This document shows, piece after piece, positions 60,145 through 64,000 of a DNA stretch of 64,000 nucleotides. The notes beneath the pieces were generated by a model. That model worked only from the letters and a program-made list of their open reading frames with translations. It was not told where the DNA came from and made no database searches. Where the stretch lies: positions 10,169 through 74,168 of the forward strand of contig JAYODI010000015.1 of NCBI GenBank assembly GCA_038279365.1, given 5' to 3'. The position numbers and the translations under genes were made by a program. Source of the stretch: Candidatus Latescibacterota bacterium (GTDB lineage: Bacteria; Latescibacterota; UBA2968). Position 1 is the stretch's first letter; each line of letters opens with the position of its first letter.

Positions 60145-61617
60145 ATGTCTAACCTCATTCTCAACACCGATGTCGAACGCGGCACCATCAACAAACACAT
60201 CTACGGTCACTTTGCCGAACACCTCGGTCGTTGTATTTACAACGGCATTTATGTGGGTGAAGATTCCAAAATCCCAAACACACGTGGCATTCGTAACGAC
60301 ATTGTCGCGGCACTCAAGCACATCAACATTCCCAACCTGCGATGGCCTGGTGGTTGTTTTGCCGATGAATACCATTGGAAAGACGGCATTGGTCCCAAAA
60401 GCCAACGCCCAAGTATGGTCAACACCCACTGGGGTGGCGTAACCGAAAACAACCACTTTGGCACCCATGAATTTATGGACCTGTGTGAACAACTCGAATG
60501 TGAACCTTACATTTGTGGCAACGTGGGCAGTGGCACCGTGCACGAAATGCAACAATGGGTCGAATACATCACCTTTGATGGTGTCAACCCCATGGCCGAC
60601 TTGCGAAAAGAAAACGGACACCCTGATGCTTGGCCCCTTAAATATTGGGGCGTGGGCAACGAAAACTGGGGCTGTGGGGGCAGTATGCGTGCAGAATATT
60701 ATGCCGATGAATACCGTCGCTACCAAACCTACGTGCGCAACTTTGGCGACAACCACATTTACAAAATAGCCTGTGGCCCCAATGTAGACGATTATCACTG
60801 GACCGAAGTCATGATGAAAAACACCCGACGCGGTGACCGTCACATGATGAACGGGCTTGCACTTCACTACTACACCAACTTCCGTGAATCGGCCACACAG
60901 TTCAATGAAGACGAGTGGTTCATTGTGCTCAAAAAAGCACTTTACATGGACGATCTCATCACCCGTCACAGCGCCATTATGGATCAATATGACCCTCAAA
61001 AACGCGTGGCCCTCATCGTAGACGAATGGGGCACATGGTACAAAGTAGAACCCGACACCAACCCTCGCTTTCTCTACCAACAAAACTCACTGCGCGATGC
61101 ACTGGTTGCGGCACTCCATTTTCACATCTTTCACAACCACAACGACCGCGTACACATGGCCAACATCGCACAAACCGTCAACGTGCTCCAATCCATGATT
61201 CTCACCCAAGATGAAAAAATGTTGCTCACGCCCACCTATCATGTCTTTGATATGTTCAAAGTACACCAAGACGCCACACAAGTAGATGTCTACCTTCAAA
61301 CAGGCAACTACACCTACAATGGAGATTCCATCCCTCAAGTCAGTGCGTCTGCCTCAAAAAATTCACAAGGCCAAGTGCATCTCTCATTGTGCAACACCGA
61401 TCCCAACAATGCCGTTACCGTCACCTGTGCGGTGCGCGGCCTGAATCCCAAATCGGCCACAGGACAAGTGCTCACAGCCGACACCATCACAGCACACAAC
61501 ACATTTGATGAACCAGAGCAAATCAAACCCACTGCATTTAATGGCGCGACCATCAACGGCAATGACCTCTCCATCTCATTGCCAGCAAAATCTGTGGTGG
61601 TACTGCAACTCACATAA
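60145..61617 (+). CDS. abfA: GH51 alpha-L-arabinofuranosidase
   Basis: [47 protein letters not shown]. Confidence 0.95.
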   Translation: MSNLILNTDVERGTINKHIYGHFAEHLGRCIYNGIYVGEDSKIPNTRGIRNDIVAALKHINIPNLRWPGGCFADEYHWKDGIGPKSQRPSMVNTHWGGVTENNHFGTHEFMDLCEQLECEPYICGNVGSGTVHEMQQWVEYITFDGVNPMADLRKENGHPDAWPLKYWGVGNENWGCGGSMRAEYYADEYRRYQTYVRNFGDNHIYKIACGPNVDDYHWTEVMMKNTRRGDRHMMNGLALHYYTNFRESATQFNEDEWFIVLKKALYMDDLITRHSAIMDQYDPQKRVALIVDEWGTWYKVEPDTNPRFLYQQNSLRDALVAALHFHIFHNHNDRVHMANIAQTVNVLQSMILTQDEKMLLTPTYHVFDMFKVHQDATQVDVYLQTGNYTYNGDSIPQVSASASKNSQGQVHLSLCNTDPNNAVTVTCAVRGLNPKSATGQVLTADTITAHNTFDEPEQIKPTAFNGATINGNDLSISLPAKSVVVLQLT

Positions 61618-61666
61618 GTGTAAACAGCACATGACAGTCGCTTTTTCGCGTGCTGAAAATAGATCA

Positions 61667-61705
61667 CAAAAAAGGGCTGACACACGTAACGTGTCAGCCC
61701 TTTTT
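61667..61705. terminator. Bidirectional terminator
   Basis: aaaaaagggctgacac...gtgtcagcccttttt. Confidence 0.8.
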
Positions 61706-61869
61706 ATATTTCATTAAAAACCCAAACAATGGGCAATCTGTCTTCAGCTTCCTATTCACAACAATAAAAAGACAGATGGCCACAAATCATTTTGAGTTAG
61801 ATGACCATCAACAATCAACAGATCCCACGCATTTTATAGGTTACAACATAACCCATACAATCTTTCCAC

Positions 61870-63417
61870 CTACTCTTCGACAGGCACGTCACCACGCCAT
61901 TTGTCAAATGTTTCAACCAACTCAAAAAAGTGTTTCATATCTGTATAATTGCGCTCCCAAGTCGTGTACATCATTCCCAAGACATTGGGTGTTCCTTCAG
62001 AAAGGGTTAACCAACGCGACACGTTGCGTTTCAGTCGTTCTTCATTTTGCGCATCGTAATACCCACACAAAACCTGGGCATTGCCACGCTCGGCAAAAAA
62101 TGCCAACGCCTCTTTTTCACGTGCGTACCAATTCATCACAATCACATCTTTTGGTAAACCCTCCCAAGCACCATCCCAATTACCGTTTGTCAAATAATAG
62201 TATTCTTTTCGCTTTTCAAAAGGGCTTGCATTGTGATAAGGTGTAAACATATCGGACCACGTATAAATTCGGGCATCAGGTGCCTGTGCCTGAATAATCT
62301 CATACCCCTTTTGAATATGCGCCGCCAACGTCACACCGGGTTTTACATGTGGCTTTTCCCAGCCCCCTACCCGAATCTCATCATAATTCATAAAAAGTTC
62401 TGTTGGTTGCCACACCTTCAAACACAATTCAATATCGCGCACCATCAAATCAAAAACCGCTGGATCTTCAAGCGAAATCACATCTTGCTCGTCTAACACC
62501 CGATAAGCATGAAAAAACGAAACATGTAACGTCTGCCCGTTTTTGATTCGCGACTTTTTAGTCAACACAATCACAGGTGCATCGTGATCCATTGTCATCT
62601 CACCTTCTGTGGACACAATCACCGGATCGTAAATCGGTTCAAAATCTCGCCCTTCTTCATACACCACTTTCCCATCTTCATTGGTCACCACCAGCGGCGT
62701 TAATTTTCGCCGCAACACCATCAGCAAACCCGTCGGTTCAATTTTCAACCCATCAACCATCCCATCGGCCTGAATCTTTAACCCCAACGAATCGGCCTCC
62801 AACGAATTAAATGTACCTGTCACACGAAACCGTTCACCCACTTCGACCACACGCGGGTGCCCACGCATATGTCGGCGATGCGCAGAATTTACCGAAATCA
62901 CCCGACTCATCCGCTCAGGCTTTTGCGTCACAAAAAACGTAATCCGATAATGTGTAAATGGGCGCACCTTGAGGGGACCACTGTGTGTCGAATCCAAACC
63001 CGACAAATCGGGTGCAAGAGACACATCGGGCATCGCCTTGCCATTGGCCACCACAAATGGCATCTGCTTCACAGGCAAACCCGCCGCCAAGTTGCGGTTG
63101 AAACCCAAATACCGTCCCGAATATCCAAAGGGATACACCGCTGGCACAATCGTCAACTCCAAAGTTTTTGCCACCTCACGAACCTTATTAACCCGTGCTA
63201 TATAAACCGGGTCATCTGCCTCACGCAAATACCGTCCCTCATTAATCAATATATGTGTGCATCCCACATCCTTCGACTGCTTCAAAATATCAATAAACTG
63301 ATCCACACCTTCATCACTGCTCATATTGGGCCGCACATAATTCCACCGCTGTTCATACGATTCGGCCTGAACAGAGAAACCCAACATAAACATCAAAAAT
63401 GCCAGAATAAATTGCAC
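61870..63417 (-). CDS. Secreted hypothetical glycoside hydrolase-like protein (GH20-like DE motif)
   Basis: Signal peptide (..VQA/E); FMNYDEIR, WSDMF, VIVMNWY, GMMYTTW; inserted beta-domains. Confidence 0.5.
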   Translation of the reverse strand: MQFILAFLMFMLGFSVQAESYEQRWNYVRPNMSSDEGVDQFIDILKQSKDVGCTHILINEGRYLREADDPVYIARVNKVREVAKTLELTIVPAVYPFGYSGRYLGFNRNLAAGLPVKQMPFVVANGKAMPDVSLAPDLSGLDSTHSGPLKVRPFTHYRITFFVTQKPERMSRVISVNSAHRRHMRGHPRVVEVGERFRVTGTFNSLEADSLGLKIQADGMVDGLKIEPTGLLMVLRRKLTPLVVTNEDGKVVYEEGRDFEPIYDPVIVSTEGEMTMDHDAPVIVLTKKSRIKNGQTLHVSFFHAYRVLDEQDVISLEDPAVFDLMVRDIELCLKVWQPTELFMNYDEIRVGGWEKPHVKPGVTLAAHIQKGYEIIQAQAPDARIYTWSDMFTPYHNASPFEKRKEYYYLTNGNWDGAWEGLPKDVIVMNWYAREKEALAFFAERGNAQVLCGYYDAQNEERLKRNVSRWLTLSEGTPNVLGMMYTTWERNYTDMKHFFELVETFDKWRGDVPVEE

Positions 63418-63544
63418 GGGAACAACTCCTTTTATTTATCAAATGATCACAAAAAATATGCCCGACATCTGGGAGACGTATTATATTTGTTCCGTTCAAA
63501 TCATGCCACCCTTTTTATACGCGACTCGTAAAAGGCGGATAATC

Positions 63545-63790
63545 ATGAAAACCACATCCAAAATTATGTTTAAACACATTGGAATGGCATTAGGTGCTTA
63601 TTGGGTTGTTATCTTAATGATCACAGGGTTTTACCAAAGAACAACCGAAGTAACAGGAACCGCCGCAATTGTAGCAGCAATTTTTACCGGTCACCTCATC
63701 CTGGCAGTACGAGAAGCCTACCAAAAAGGCAAACAAGACGCAGAAGAAAACAGTGATAAAAAAACGTACGTAACGAAAACAAACTCATGA
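63545..63790 (+). CDS. Small two-TM hypothetical protein
   Basis: Two hydrophobic helices; ATGA overlap with the next gene. Confidence 0.6.
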   Translation: MKTTSKIMFKHIGMALGAYWVVILMITGFYQRTTEVTGTAAIVAAIFTGHLILAVREAYQKGKQDAEENSDKKTYVTKTNS

Positions 63791-64000
63791 CCAACACCTC
63801 AAACGACACCGAATCGTCTTCTATCAGCACCCACAACAAGATGATCCTACCCAAATCCTTTTACTTCTTCTACTACGCCGCAGGTGCTTCACTCTTTCCA
63901 TTTCTCGTTCTTTATTACCACGAACTCGGTTTATCGGGGCGAGAAATCGCTTGGCTTATGGCCATTACCCCCTTCACGGCGCTTTTTAGTGCCTCACTCT
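63787..64000 (+). CDS. MFS transporter, partial (runs off the window)
   Basis: Manual translation MTNTSND...KSFYFFYYAAGASLFPFLVLYYHELGLSGREIAWL, an MFS_1-like N-terminus. Confidence 0.75.
   Translation, partial: MTNTSNDTESSSISTHNKMILPKSFYFFYYAAGASLFPFLVLYYHELGLSGREIAWLMAITPFTALFSASL

Overview
Bacterial chromosomal window, about 55 genes, dominated by carbohydrate and sulfate catabolism. It holds four Cys-type sulfatases, two heparinase II/III-like lyases, a PL8 lyase, a PL22 oligogalacturonate lyase, GH2/GH4/GH43-like/GH51 hydrolases, CE15-like and SGNH esterases, two PhyH dioxygenases, Gfo/Idh/MocA oxidoreductases and several uncharacterised CAZyme-like proteins. It also holds monomeric icd, clpS, two brnT/brnA toxin-antitoxin pairs and a decayed DUF433/DUF5615 pair. 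The gene content and a C-terminal twin EF-hand dockerin-like module suggest a Latescibacterota-like organism (inference only). I saw no rRNA, tRNA, CRISPR array, integrase or transposase. The main oddities are: (1) a three-copy intergenic repeat with compensatory base changes and G-N-A triloop hairpins, suggesting a structured, possibly ssDNA-acting element; (2) an alginate-lyase-family domain fused to a PhnD-like binding domain with no signal peptide; (3) a brnTA module flanked by a diverged ~157 bp duplication of a host gene's 3' end; (4) very strong C/A-over-G/T skew on the + strand, lost or reversed in a few probably recently acquired genes; (5) heptamer tandem arrays and REP-like palindromes between genes. 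All protein calls come from motif recognition by eye, not from database searches.
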